Shown here piece after piece: positions 55,798 to 64,000 of a stretch of DNA of 64,000 nt; position 1 is the first letter of the stretch, and the number at the start of each line of letters is the position of its first letter. The stretch is from an uncultured Gemmatimonadales bacterium (GTDB lineage: Bacteria; Gemmatimonadota; Gemmatimonadetes; Gemmatimonadales; GWC2-71-9), in assembly GCA_963828735.1 (NCBI GenBank), contig CAWHFW010000005.1, positions 2,233,261 to 2,297,260 of the forward strand, given 5' to 3'. Made by a program: the position numbers and the translations under genes. The notes beneath the pieces were generated by a model. The model was not told where the DNA came from. It saw only the letters and a program-made list of their open reading frames with translations, and did not search any database.

Positions 55798-56842
55798 CAG
55801 GCAGGCCCAGCCGTCGCCGTGCGGTGGCCGGTGCGATGACGTGCAGGTGGTCGAGCACCGTTCCTGTCGCCTCCCGAATCCTGAGTCGGTCCACCAGGCC
55901 GCGGTGCGTCCCGCCGGCCAAGCCGTCGGCGAGGACGGCGGCGCCCTGTGCCCCCTGCTTGGCGCACGCGGCAAAGCCCGTCAGCGTCAATACCTCGCCC
56001 AGATCCGCGATCGCGGCCGCCACCCGGCGCCGGATCTCGGGATCCGCGGCATGTCGCCCCGAGAGCAGGATCTCGTCGGCCTCCGGCGCGGCCGTCCGGA
56101 GAACGCGCACCGCGCGGGCGGCCCCTTCGATGTAGGCCTCGAGCGTCGCCTCGCGGAGGGTCGGGTCAGCTCGCGAGATCCGCTCCACGCCACCGTCGAA
56201 CAGCATCCCCTTCGTCACCTCGGCCGCGAGGTATGCCACCTCGCCATCCAGTGCGCCCGCGGCGCGCCACCCGATCGGCCCGCTGGTGCCGCCCAGTCCA
56301 TCCACGATCTGCCCGCGCTGGACGGCGAGCGCGGCCGTGAATGCCCCACCCAGTTCGAGCAGCACCAGCGAAACATCCTCCGGACGACGACCCCGCTTGG
56401 CGCCGCGCTCCGCGATCGCGAGCGCGGCGGCACAGACCTTGTCGGCCGTACCCAGGTCGACCCGGTTGAGCTTCCGGTGGCGGGGCACGGTGTCGAGGTG
56501 CACCACGCCGGGCGTGAGCATCAACGGCAGGCCCGCCTCGTCGAGACGCCGCGTGAGCGCCCGCAGGCCGCCGATCCCGCCCGTTTCACCAGGCGATGCC
56601 AGGAACGCGAGCCTCAGGTCGTCCTCGCTCGCATCGCGGGCCATACGGAGAGGCAGTCCGTACCCGGAAGGGCCGACCACCAGTTCGACGGGGCCGGCGG
56701 CGAGCAGGGCGCGCACCAGCGGACGGACATCCGCCATCACGTCCGCCGTCGGCCAGCTCGCATCGAGGAAGAGGCGGCCGTCGTCGAGGCCGCAGACGTC
56801 GAGGCTCAGCGTGCCTGGGTCGATTCCCGCGACGCGCGGCAC
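55790..56842 (-). CDS. DUF1464-family ASKHA-fold protein
   Basis: GTG start. VAGIDPGTLSLDVCG...GTADKVCAA...ELGGAFTA... is an actin-like ATPase fold, commonly encoded in H4MPT clusters. Confidence 0.72.
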   Translation of the reverse strand: MPRVAGIDPGTLSLDVCGLDDGRLFLDASWPTADVMADVRPLVRALLAAGPVELVVGPSGYGLPLRMARDASEDDLRLAFLASPGETGGIGGLRALTRRLDEAGLPLMLTPGVVHLDTVPRHRKLNRVDLGTADKVCAAALAIAERGAKRGRRPEDVSLVLLELGGAFTAALAVQRGQIVDGLGGTSGPIGWRAAGALDGEVAYLAAEVTKGMLFDGGVERISRADPTLREATLEAYIEGAARAVRVLRTAAPEADEILLSGRHAADPEIRRRVAAAIADLGEVLTLTGFAACAKQGAQGAAVLADGLAGGTHRGLVDRLRIREATGTVLDHLHVIAPATARRRLGLPDV

Positions 56843-56846
56843 CGAC

Positions 56847-57719
56847 TCACCGCTTCTGTTTCACCATCTCCCGTGCCACGTCCGCGATCGCCTCGGCGTC
56901 GAGGACCAGATCGTTCCGGGTGAAGAGCTTCGCGACGCACGCCTTGTGGAGCTTGGTCTTGAAGTTGCCCACGCCGAACGCGCCGAACACCGTCACGCCC
57001 TCCCGCTCCTCGCCGGCGTCCTTGACCTCGACGCCTTCGATGCCGAGCGGCGGCACGGCGTTGAGGTCCACCGCGATCTTGAGCGTCTTGACGCTGGTCC
57101 ACGCCGCTTTGGGCACCATCTGCACGCCGGCCGGACCGGAGTTGAGCAGTACGTCCACGCCATCCAGCAGTTCGGGCAGCTTGGACGGATCGCTCATCGC
57201 GACGGCCTTCACCTCGACGCTGAAGCGGGCGTCGATGAACTGCCGCGCCTTGTCGCCCTGCTCGGGCTTGCGCGACGTGATCGTGACGCGCGCGCCGTCC
57301 TTCGCGAGCAGTCCGGCCGCCCGCTGGCCGACCGGTCCCGTGCCCGCCAGGATGAGAATGTTCTTGCCCGTGAGATCCCCGAACAGCTCCTCGATCTTGA
57401 CCACCGCGGCGACCGCCGTGGTGTTCGAGCCGTTGGAGTCGAGCATGATCGAGACGCAGAACGGCGCGAAGAGCGAGTCCTGCGCCATGGCGAGGAGCTG
57501 CTCGCCGGCCGACATGTTGTTGCCGCCGATCCAGACCGCGGTGTTGTGCAGGTCCTTGGTGCCGCGGGTGAAGATGCAGCCGTGGATGAGATCGCGGACA
57601 TCCCCTTCGGTCACGCCGCCGTAGCTCATGATCGCGTCGGCACCGGCATCGTAGGCCACCACCTGGTCGAACACACTCGGCAACCGTGAACTGTCGAGCT
57701 GGAGCAGAAGCTTTCGCAT
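56847..57719 (-). CDS. mtdB: NAD(P)-dependent methylenetetrahydromethanopterin dehydrogenase
   Basis: MRKLLLQLDSS...PSVFD.VV.YD.GAD...MLDSNGSNTTA...LAGTGPVG...NA.PPLGI resembles MtdB throughout. An alternative ATG lies at 57731. Confidence 0.9.
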   Translation of the reverse strand: MRKLLLQLDSSRLPSVFDQVVAYDAGADAIMSYGGVTEGDVRDLIHGCIFTRGTKDLHNTAVWIGGNNMSAGEQLLAMAQDSLFAPFCVSIMLDSNGSNTTAVAAVVKIEELFGDLTGKNILILAGTGPVGQRAAGLLAKDGARVTITSRKPEQGDKARQFIDARFSVEVKAVAMSDPSKLPELLDGVDVLLNSGPAGVQMVPKAAWTSVKTLKIAVDLNAVPPLGIEGVEVKDAGEEREGVTVFGAFGVGNFKTKLHKACVAKLFTRNDLVLDAEAIADVAREMVKQKR

Positions 57720-57823
57720 CGCCGAACCCATCTCCGTCCGTCAGAAGGTCCTGGGAAAAATACGAGGGGCGGCCCGACCTCGGGCGCCCCTCGTCGACAC
57801 GCCGGGAATGCGGGACTGTACGA

Positions 57824-58336
57824 TCAGCCCTCGGCGCCGCTGGCGAACGGATGCCGCGCGGCCTTGTACTTCGAGAGCACCTCGTCGACGGTGGGCGTGC
57901 CCTTGAGCGCCCGGGCGATCGACTCCTTCACCGCCTGGTAGTTGAAGGAATAGATCTTCTTGTCGTCTTCGGCCTGCCAGTGGATAAACACGCCCACGAG
58001 GATGCAGAGGTCGTTCGCCTGCGTCTTCGAGATGACCCCCTCGTTCACCGAATCCATGACTGCGCGGGCGACGGCCGCCTGCGCCGGGCCGAACATCTGC
58101 ACGGCCTGCTTCGCACCCTTGATGGTGACCTTGTTGAAGAGCAGCGTGTCCGGCTTGCAGGGAAGGTTCGGGGTTACCACGGCGAGAAGAGTGGAGAAGC
58201 CGTCTTTGTTGTTGGAGAGCGCGTGGGTGAAGGCTGCACCGGCCGACCCGGACTTCGATCCGATGATCAGGTCGATATGCGCAATCTCGTTGCCATCGCC
58301 GACGAGCGACTCACCGATGAAGAAATCCGCGGCCAT
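57824..58336 (-). CDS. fae: formaldehyde-activating enzyme
   Basis: ATG 58336 preceded by GGAGG at a 5-nt spacing. [19 protein letters not shown]...[22 protein letters not shown]...QMFGPAQ...LVGVFIHW matches Fae. 170 aa. Confidence 0.95.
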   Translation of the reverse strand: MAADFFIGESLVGDGNEIAHIDLIIGSKSGSAGAAFTHALSNNKDGFSTLLAVVTPNLPCKPDTLLFNKVTIKGAKQAVQMFGPAQAAVARAVMDSVNEGVISKTQANDLCILVGVFIHWQAEDDKKIYSFNYQAVKESIARALKGTPTVDEVLSKYKAARHPFASGAEG

Positions 58337-58638
58337 ACCTGCCTCCATGTGCGATTTGGTGAAGAGCGAGAGGATTTGGCGAAACATACGCAGCTCGACC
58401 AGGCGAAGAGTGAGGCCGGCACCGGAGCGACGTGGATGGAGCGAGGCCACGCAGTCCCGCCAATTGGCGGGTAGCTCGTACTTTGGCGACGCAAGTCCTG
58501 CGTAGAGGCCACTAGTATGGACGTGACCTAAATACCTGTCAAGGAGTCATGCACCCCCCGCAGGCACTCTCCGGGCACGTTGCCCGAAATCGTCTTTCGG
58601 TGTATATTCGGTTCTCTCGGAAACACTGCAAGTGATTC

Positions 58639-58911
58639 ATGAACAAGACCTTACCAAAAAAGACCGAGCTCAGGCCCTCCACTCGCCGACCACGGGTGAC
58701 GCCGGCCGTGTGTCCCACGCCCAGCCGGTACCATGCCTTCCTGAAGCGGCTTCGCGCAGGCGGACGCAGCAACATGTACGGCGCCATCCCTTACCTGATG
58801 GAGGCATTCGACGTCGATAGGGAATCAGCCTTTCGCATCGTGTGCGAGTGGCTCGATCAGCAGAGGAACGAGGCGGCGCCGCCCCCTGCCGCAGCGTCCG
58901 CGCGACGCTGA
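58639..58911 (+). CDS. hypothetical small protein
   Basis: 90-aa ORF with ATG start after an AT-richer spacer. The C-terminal half (NMYGAIPYLMEAFDVDRESAFRIVCEWLDQQ) looks structured. I recognise no motif. Confidence 0.45.
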   Translation: MNKTLPKKTELRPSTRRPRVTPAVCPTPSRYHAFLKRLRAGGRSNMYGAIPYLMEAFDVDRESAFRIVCEWLDQQRNEAAPPPAAASARR

Positions 58912-58995
58912 CGTTCCGGCGGCCGTCGCCCTTGCTGGAGGACGCGCGCTTCGAAGAGGGCCGGTGACTGCTCAATGCTCACAACGACTTACGTG

Positions 58996-59012
58996 CTGGC
59001 ACGAGGCTGGCG
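58996..59012 (+). promoter_or_regulatory. sigma-54-like -24/-12 element
   Basis: CTGGCACGAGGCTGGCG versus consensus YTGGCACGrNNNTTGCW: perfect -24 half, and -12 half TGGC instead of TTGC. About 44 nt upstream of the ATG at 59055. Confidence 0.3.
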
Positions 59013-59054
59013 TTTCGGGGAGCCGCAGGTTTCCCAACTTCAGTCGAGGAGTCT

Positions 59055-59492
59055 ATGAGGACCAGCATCGTCGCGGGGTCGCTGCTCGCCGCTCTGTCAC
59101 TCGTCGCGCCGCTTGCCGCTCAGCAGGTCTCGGCCGACGTAGTGCTGCGGAGCGGGCCGGTCGCCGGCCGAGTCATCGTCGGCGACGGGTATTCCACCTA
59201 CCACCGTCCCGTGGTGTACCGCCGAGTACCGGCGCGCGTCATCGTCGTCGAGCGGGTCTACGTCCGTGGTCACCCGGCGCTGAAGCACTGGCGTCAGCAC
59301 GGCTACCGGCAGCTGGTGGTGTACTACCGGGATGGGCGCTATTACGACCGGAACGTGCGCACCTGGCCCGCTATGCGAGAGGTCGTCGTCTATGAGCGCG
59401 ACGGCCGGTACTACCAGTTCTGCGACGAGCGCGAATGCAACAACGGCTACCACGATCCTCACCGGCACGGGGACGACCGCGATTGGGACTGA
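59055..59492 (+). CDS. secreted hypothetical protein (Arg/Tyr/His-rich)
   Basis: GAGGAG SD. Signal peptide MRTSIVAGSLLAALSLVAPLAAQQ. Repeated YYRDGRYY / YERDGRYY motifs. Confidence 0.6.
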   Translation: MRTSIVAGSLLAALSLVAPLAAQQVSADVVLRSGPVAGRVIVGDGYSTYHRPVVYRRVPARVIVVERVYVRGHPALKHWRQHGYRQLVVYYRDGRYYDRNVRTWPAMREVVVYERDGRYYQFCDERECNNGYHDPHRHGDDRDWD

Positions 59493-59547
59493 CCTGTCCG
59501 CGCGCCTTCCGGCGCCTGATCACCCAGATCCAGGTCGGTTGAAGGAC

Positions 59548-59578
59548 CAGACATCCCCGCCATGCGCGGGGATGTCTG
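59548..59578 (+). terminator. strong GC hairpin (terminator-like, no clean U-tract)
   Basis: 13-bp perfect stem CAGACATCCCCGC / GCGGGGATGTCTG with 5-nt loop, 56 nt after the stop at 59492 and 83 nt before GTG 59661. Confidence 0.5.
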
Positions 59579-59660
59579 CATTCGAGGCATCTGTGTCGAG
59601 TCCCTGCGACGATCGGTCAGGAGCCTGCATCTCCTACTGCGGAGGAGAAAGAGAGTTTTC

Positions 59661-62600
59661 GTGGCCCGTTCGAACAAGTCCTTCGCCGCAGGTGTGGCGG
59701 TCGCCGTGCTGCTTACGGCGCCGCGTCTGGCTACGCCCGCCCAGGCACAGTACTTCGGCCGCAACAAGGTTCAGTACCAGAGCTTCGACTTCAAGATTCT
59801 CCACACCCAGCACTTCGACGTCTACTACTATCCCGAGGAGCAGCTCGCCGGCGAGTTGACCGGGCGGATGGCAGAGCGTTGGTACACGCGGCTGAGCACC
59901 GTGCTGCATCACGAGCTGGCCGGTCGGCAGCCGCTCATTGTCTATGCCACCCAAGCCCAGTTCGAACAGACCAACGTCGTTCAGGGCCTCGGCGAAGGCA
60001 CGGGTGGCGTGACCGAGGCGCTTCGCCGGCGGATCGTTCTCCCGACCGGTGGCACGCTCGGGGACCTGAACCACGTGATCGGCCACGAGCTGACCCACGC
60101 CTTCCAGTACGACATGACCGGCGGGACGGCGAAAGGGGGAGCGCCGCCGAGCGCCGCCAACATGCCGCTCTGGTTCATCGAGGGTATGGCGGAATACCTC
60201 TCCCTCGGCCCAGCCGCCCCGCTGACTGCCATGTGGATGCGCGGCGCCGTCCAGGATACCGTCCGCGACTCGCTGCCGAACTTCAGGCAGCTCGAGGATC
60301 CGCGATTCTTCCCCTACCGCTACGGTCAAGCGCTGCTTGCCTACGTTGGCGGTACCTACGGCGATGACCGGATCGGCGAGCTCCTGCGCAACGCCGGCCG
60401 AACGCATGGGGTGGACCAGGCGATTCGAGGTGTGCTGAGCCTCACGCCCGACCAGCTCATCGCCAACTGGCATGCGGCCACGCACGCGGACTACGACTCA
60501 CTTCGGAGCCGGACCGACCTGCCGGATCGGTACGGACCGAAGCTGGTCGGCGTGAACGGCGAGGACGTCGGCCAGTACAACCTGGCGCCGTCGCTGAGCC
60601 CGGACGGCACTCAGATGATGTTCTTCTCCGACCGTGATCAGTTCAGCGTCGATCTCTTTCTGGCGGACGCGCGTACGGGGAAGGTGAAGCGCCAGATCAC
60701 CCGCACCGCCGTGGACCCGCACCTCGAGAGCCTGCAGTTCATCCAGTCCGCGGGGAGCTGGTCGGACGACGGACAGCGCTTTGTGTTTGCGGGCATCGAG
60801 GGCGGCCGCCCCAACCTCAACATCTACGATGTCGCGCGCGGACGCATCGAGCGCGAGATCCGCCTGCCCCAGCTCGGCGACATTCTCAATCCGAGCTGGT
60901 CCCCCGACGGGCACGAGATCGCGTTCTCCGCGCTGGTCGGCGGCCTGAGCGACGTGTTCGTGTACGACCTCCGGACCAACGCGCTGCACCGCCTGACCAA
61001 CGACGCGTACTCGGACCTGCAGCCGAGCTGGTCCCCGGATGGGCGACGCATCGCGTTCGCGACGGACCGCTTCACCACCAACCTCAAGGACCTCGCGATC
61101 GGGCCCTATTCGCTCGCGATCCTGGACCGGGCGACCGGGCGCATCACGGCCGTGCCCGGGTTCACTGGGGCGAAGCATCTCAACCCGCAGTGGTCGCCCG
61201 ACGGAACGAGCCTGTACTTCGTGTCCGATCCGGGCGGGATCGCGAACGTCTACCGCGTCCGGCTCTCGGACAGCGCGCTCACCCAGGTCACCAACCTCTT
61301 TACCGGGGTCAGCGGAATCACCGAGACCAGCCCGGCGATCACCGTGGCCGCCCGAAGCGGCCGGCTGGCCTACAGCGTGTTCCGCACGAACGGTTACGAG
61401 CTCTACGCCATCGACTCGCCCGAAATTCTCGCCGGTCGGCCGGTGACGACGACGACGCACTGGCTTGCCGCGGCGTTGCCGCCCATCAAGCGGGAGAGCT
61501 CGGTGCTGGCCAGCGTGCTGACCGATCCCGGCACCGGCCTACCGCCCGACACGACCTTCCGCTCGTCGCGGTACAAGCCGGGCCTGTCGCTTACGGCCGT
61601 GGGCCAGCCGTCGTTGGCCGTGGGGTCGAGCGAGTTCGGGACCTATGTCGGCGGCGGCGTGTCGCTGTACTGGACCGACGAGCTGGGTAACAGGAACCTG
61701 GTAACCGGTCTGCAGGTGAACGGGGGAATCAGGGACGTCACGGGCATCGTGGGCTACCAGAACATGAGTCACCGCCTCAACTGGGGGGCCGTGATCGAGC
61801 AGGTCCCCTATCTCACCGGCCAATTCGCGGCGGGCATCACGGAGATCAACGGGGAGCCGGTATACGTCGAGCAGCAGCTGCTCCAGCGACAGACGAATCG
61901 CGACCTCACGGGCTTCATCTCCTATCCCTTCAACACGGCGAAGCGGGTCGAGCTCTCCGCGGGAGTCAACAACATCACGTTCGACAATGAGCTCCAGACG
62001 CAGGGATTTTCCCAGCTCACGGGTCAACAGGTGCTGGATACCAAGGTGAACCTGCCCGCGGGCAGCGCGCTCAACCTCGGGGTCGCGAGCGCGGCGCTCG
62101 TGTACGACAACTCGCTCCTGGGCGCGACCGGTCCGATTCTGGGCCAGCGGTACCGGCTGGAGGCGAGCCCGACGTTCGGCTCGCTCAACTACGTGAGCGC
62201 CCTCGTGGACTACCGCCGCTACTTCATGCCCGTGAGGCCGTTCACGCTCGCGGCGAGGATCATGCACTACGGGCGCTACGGGTCGGGGAGCGAGGATCCG
62301 CGAATACAGCCGCTCTTCCTCGGATGGCCCGGTCTCGTGCGCGGGTATCGGATCGGCACGTTCAACGCGTCCGAGTGCCGCCCGACCGTCAGCGACCCGA
62401 ACGGGTGCCCGGTCTTTGACCAGCTGGTTGGGAGCCGCATGCTCGTCGGCAACCTGGAGCTTCGATTCCCGCTGCTCGGTGTGCTGGGCGTGGGGTCCGG
62501 CTACTACGGAGCGCTGCCGATCGATTTCACGGTCTTCGGCGACGGCGGCCTGGCCTGGGACAACGCCGACGAGCCCCGGCTCACCGGGGGTAGCCGGCAA

Positions 62601-62735
62601 CCGGTCTTCAGCGCCGGCGCCGGCCTTCGATTCAACCTGTTTGGCTTCGCGGTGGCGGAGTTCAATCTGGTGCGTCCGTTCGAGCGGCCGGACAAGAAAT
62701 GGGTGTGGGAAGTGAACCTGATTCAGGGGTTCTGA
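59661..62735 (+). CDS. outer-membrane fusion protein: HExxH peptidase-like domain + PD40/TolB beta-propeller + Omp85-type beta-barrel
   Basis: GTG 59661 after GGAGGAGAAAGAGAG. Signal peptide ending AQAQ. HELTHAF zincin motif. At least five PD40 repeats (SLSPDG, SWSPDG x2, QWSPDG...). C-terminal barrel ending ...VNLIQGF (aromatic terminus). Confidence 0.85.
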   Translation: MARSNKSFAAGVAVAVLLTAPRLATPAQAQYFGRNKVQYQSFDFKILHTQHFDVYYYPEEQLAGELTGRMAERWYTRLSTVLHHELAGRQPLIVYATQAQFEQTNVVQGLGEGTGGVTEALRRRIVLPTGGTLGDLNHVIGHELTHAFQYDMTGGTAKGGAPPSAANMPLWFIEGMAEYLSLGPAAPLTAMWMRGAVQDTVRDSLPNFRQLEDPRFFPYRYGQALLAYVGGTYGDDRIGELLRNAGRTHGVDQAIRGVLSLTPDQLIANWHAATHADYDSLRSRTDLPDRYGPKLVGVNGEDVGQYNLAPSLSPDGTQMMFFSDRDQFSVDLFLADARTGKVKRQITRTAVDPHLESLQFIQSAGSWSDDGQRFVFAGIEGGRPNLNIYDVARGRIEREIRLPQLGDILNPSWSPDGHEIAFSALVGGLSDVFVYDLRTNALHRLTNDAYSDLQPSWSPDGRRIAFATDRFTTNLKDLAIGPYSLAILDRATGRITAVPGFTGAKHLNPQWSPDGTSLYFVSDPGGIANVYRVRLSDSALTQVTNLFTGVSGITETSPAITVAARSGRLAYSVFRTNGYELYAIDSPEILAGRPVTTTTHWLAAALPPIKRESSVLASVLTDPGTGLPPDTTFRSSRYKPGLSLTAVGQPSLAVGSSEFGTYVGGGVSLYWTDELGNRNLVTGLQVNGGIRDVTGIVGYQNMSHRLNWGAVIEQVPYLTGQFAAGITEINGEPVYVEQQLLQRQTNRDLTGFISYPFNTAKRVELSAGVNNITFDNELQTQGFSQLTGQQVLDTKVNLPAGSALNLGVASAALVYDNSLLGATGPILGQRYRLEASPTFGSLNYVSALVDYRRYFMPVRPFTLAARIMHYGRYGSGSEDPRIQPLFLGWPGLVRGYRIGTFNASECRPTVSDPNGCPVFDQLVGSRMLVGNLELRFPLLGVLGVGSGYYGALPIDFTVFGDGGLAWDNADEPRLTGGSRQPVFSAGAGLRFNLFGFAVAEFNLVRPFERPDKKWVWEVNLIQGF

Positions 62736-62773
62736 CCGTTTACAATCGGTCCTCGCCGGGCGTTCATTCCCCC

Positions 62774-64000
62774 ATGCACGCCACCCGCGACCATCACCTT
62801 CCTCCCGATCCCGACGCCTATCGCCACGCTCCCCATCCCAAGGGACGGATCGTCGTCATTGCCCCGACGCGCGCCGCGTGCGAGACGATCGAGCTGGCGC
62901 TCGGGCTGCACCTGGACACGCTGCTCGAGCGCGAGCACGGCGCGGAGATCCGGTCGCTGGCCTCCTCGGGCAAGGGATTCGGCATCGTCGCGGGCACCGG
63001 GACCGGCAAGACGCTTGGGATCCGCCCGATCGCCGAGGCGATCCTCAAGGAGCCCCTGGCCGTCGGCGTGGTGAACCGCGAGCGCGAGGCGACGCCGGCG
63101 ACGCCGTCCTGGAACGTGGTGATCGTCACCACCGGCATCGCGCGGCGCTGGTTCCAGGACGACCTCATCACCGGACGCGACACGGTCATCGTCGACGAGA
63201 TCCATCAGACGTCGGCGGAGCTCGAGCTGTGTCTGGCTTTGGGGAAGCGGGCCGGATGCCGCTACGTGTGGCTCAGTGCCACCGTGGATCCGGCGTTCTA
63301 CGCGCGTTACCTCGACAGTGCCGAGGTGCTCGAGACGCAGGCGTTCGATCCCAGTCTCAAGGCAAAGGTCGAGGTGCTGCGGCAGCAACCCGACGAGTTC
63401 CTCAACGAGCGCTACATCCGTCACGTCATCAAGGAGAAGCGCGGGGTGGCGGTGTTCCTGCCCACCCGCGCCGAGGTGGAGCGGCTCGGCGTCGAGCTCG
63501 GTGAGCAATGGAAGCGGCTCACGACGGCGTTCTATCATGGCGGGGAGCCGATCCGCGTGATCCGTCCCTTTCTCGAGGGCGAGGTCGAGCGCCCGTTCCT
63601 GCTCGCGATGACCGCGGCGGGTCAGTCCGCCCTCAACGTCCGCGGCCTCGACACCGTCGTGATCTACGACGCGCGGTATGGCAACGTCGTGGAGCGTGGC
63701 CGGAACGTCCTTCACCGCCTCTATCTCGGCGCGAACGAGATCCTGCAGATGGCCGGCCGGGTGCATGGCCGCGTCCCGAACGGGGAGGTCGTGATCCTGA
63801 GCGACCGGGACCTCGTGTTCGAGCGGCTCCAGCCAACCCCCCCGGAATTCCAGCTTGCGGGTGACGCGGAGCGCGTCGCCATCACCTGCGCGGCGCTCGG
63901 CGTCGACGCGGGCGACCTGGACCTCCCCGTGCCGCTGGACCGCATCGCCTACCGACGGGCGCTCGGACTCCTGACCAGCCGAGGGTTGGTGGAGGACGGA
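62774..64000 (+). CDS. DEAH-box ATP-dependent helicase (HrpA/HrpB-like), 5' part, runs off right edge
   Basis: Absent from the ORF track (no stop in the window). ATG 62774. GTGTGKT (motif I), DEIH (II), SAT (III), TAAGQSALNVRGL (V), QMAGRVHG (VI). The track instead shows a 347-aa antisense ORF here. Confidence 0.85.
   Translation, partial: MHATRDHHLPPDPDAYRHAPHPKGRIVVIAPTRAACETIELALGLHLDTLLEREHGAEIRSLASSGKGFGIVAGTGTGKTLGIRPIAEAILKEPLAVGVVNREREATPATPSWNVVIVTTGIARRWFQDDLITGRDTVIVDEIHQTSAELELCLALGKRAGCRYVWLSATVDPAFYARYLDSAEVLETQAFDPSLKAKVEVLRQQPDEFLNERYIRHVIKEKRGVAVFLPTRAEVERLGVELGEQWKRLTTAFYHGGEPIRVIRPFLEGEVERPFLLAMTAAGQSALNVRGLDTVVIYDARYGNVVERGRNVLHRLYLGANEILQMAGRVHGRVPNGEVVILSDRDLVFERLQPTPPEFQLAGDAERVAITCAALGVDAGDLDLPVPLDRIAYRRALGLLTSRGLVEDG

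Noticed and set aside
62723-63766. A 347-aa minus-strand ORF at the right end of the window.
   Set aside because: It is antisense to a DEAH-box helicase frame (GTGTGKT, DEIH, SAT, QMAGR) that the track omits only because it has no stop inside the window.
1-64000. Scan for rRNA, tRNA, CRISPR arrays, transposases, integrases, phage genes or a GC-deviant island.
   Set aside because: I recognised none by eye. The only lower-GC patches are short intergenic spacers (about 32830-33040, 40085-40175 and 58500-58640). tRNA absence should still be confirmed with a dedicated scanner.

Overview
High-GC (about 70%) gene-dense bacterial chromosomal window with about 65 genes. I saw no rRNA, tRNA, CRISPR array, transposase or integrase. 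The ORF track uses ATG/GTG/TTG starts, omits ORFs without a stop in the window, and contains many long Arg/Pro/Gly-rich antisense or 5'-extended ORFs that I treat as GC artefacts. Left part (1-25.6 kb): Mo-oxidoreductase/cytochrome b pair, amine oxidase, a TolC/ABC-ATPase/MacA/FtsX-permease efflux operon, an ECF sigma/anti-sigma/Spy-like operon, PLD and HD proteins, cyclophilin, a UvrD helicase carrying an inserted DEDDh exonuclease, a thioredoxin-domain protein, cytochrome c, a glycoside-hydrolase-like protein, an OmpA/TSP3 protein, pfkA, prolyl oligopeptidase and DoxX. Right part (25.6-58.3 kb): one continuous methylotrophy island. It holds a lanthanide-type xoxF-xoxJ-xoxG unit, a pentapeptide/beta-propeller accessory module ending in two secreted JAMM-motif paralogs, then H4MPT and methanofuran cofactor biosynthesis (mptG, DUF447, pabAB, DHPS-like, PCD, mfnB, PTPS, CitG-like, RimK-like, ATP-grasp, DUF1464) and the H4MPT formaldehyde oxidation genes fae, mtdB, fhcBADC and mch. 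Window end: a peptidase/PD40-propeller/Omp85-barrel fusion protein and a DEAH helicase running off the edge. Main second-look items: (1) a hidden Rdx/SelW-like selenoprotein gene with in-frame UGA and a SECIS-like hairpin at 21661-21888; (2) four +1 frame breaks within about 1 kb of fhcB/fhcA, plus one in the OmpA gene, all at G/C runs; (3) the uncharacterised JAMM-like pair coupled to the xox accessory genes; (4) several unusual domain fusions. All product calls come from reading motifs by eye; no database search was run.
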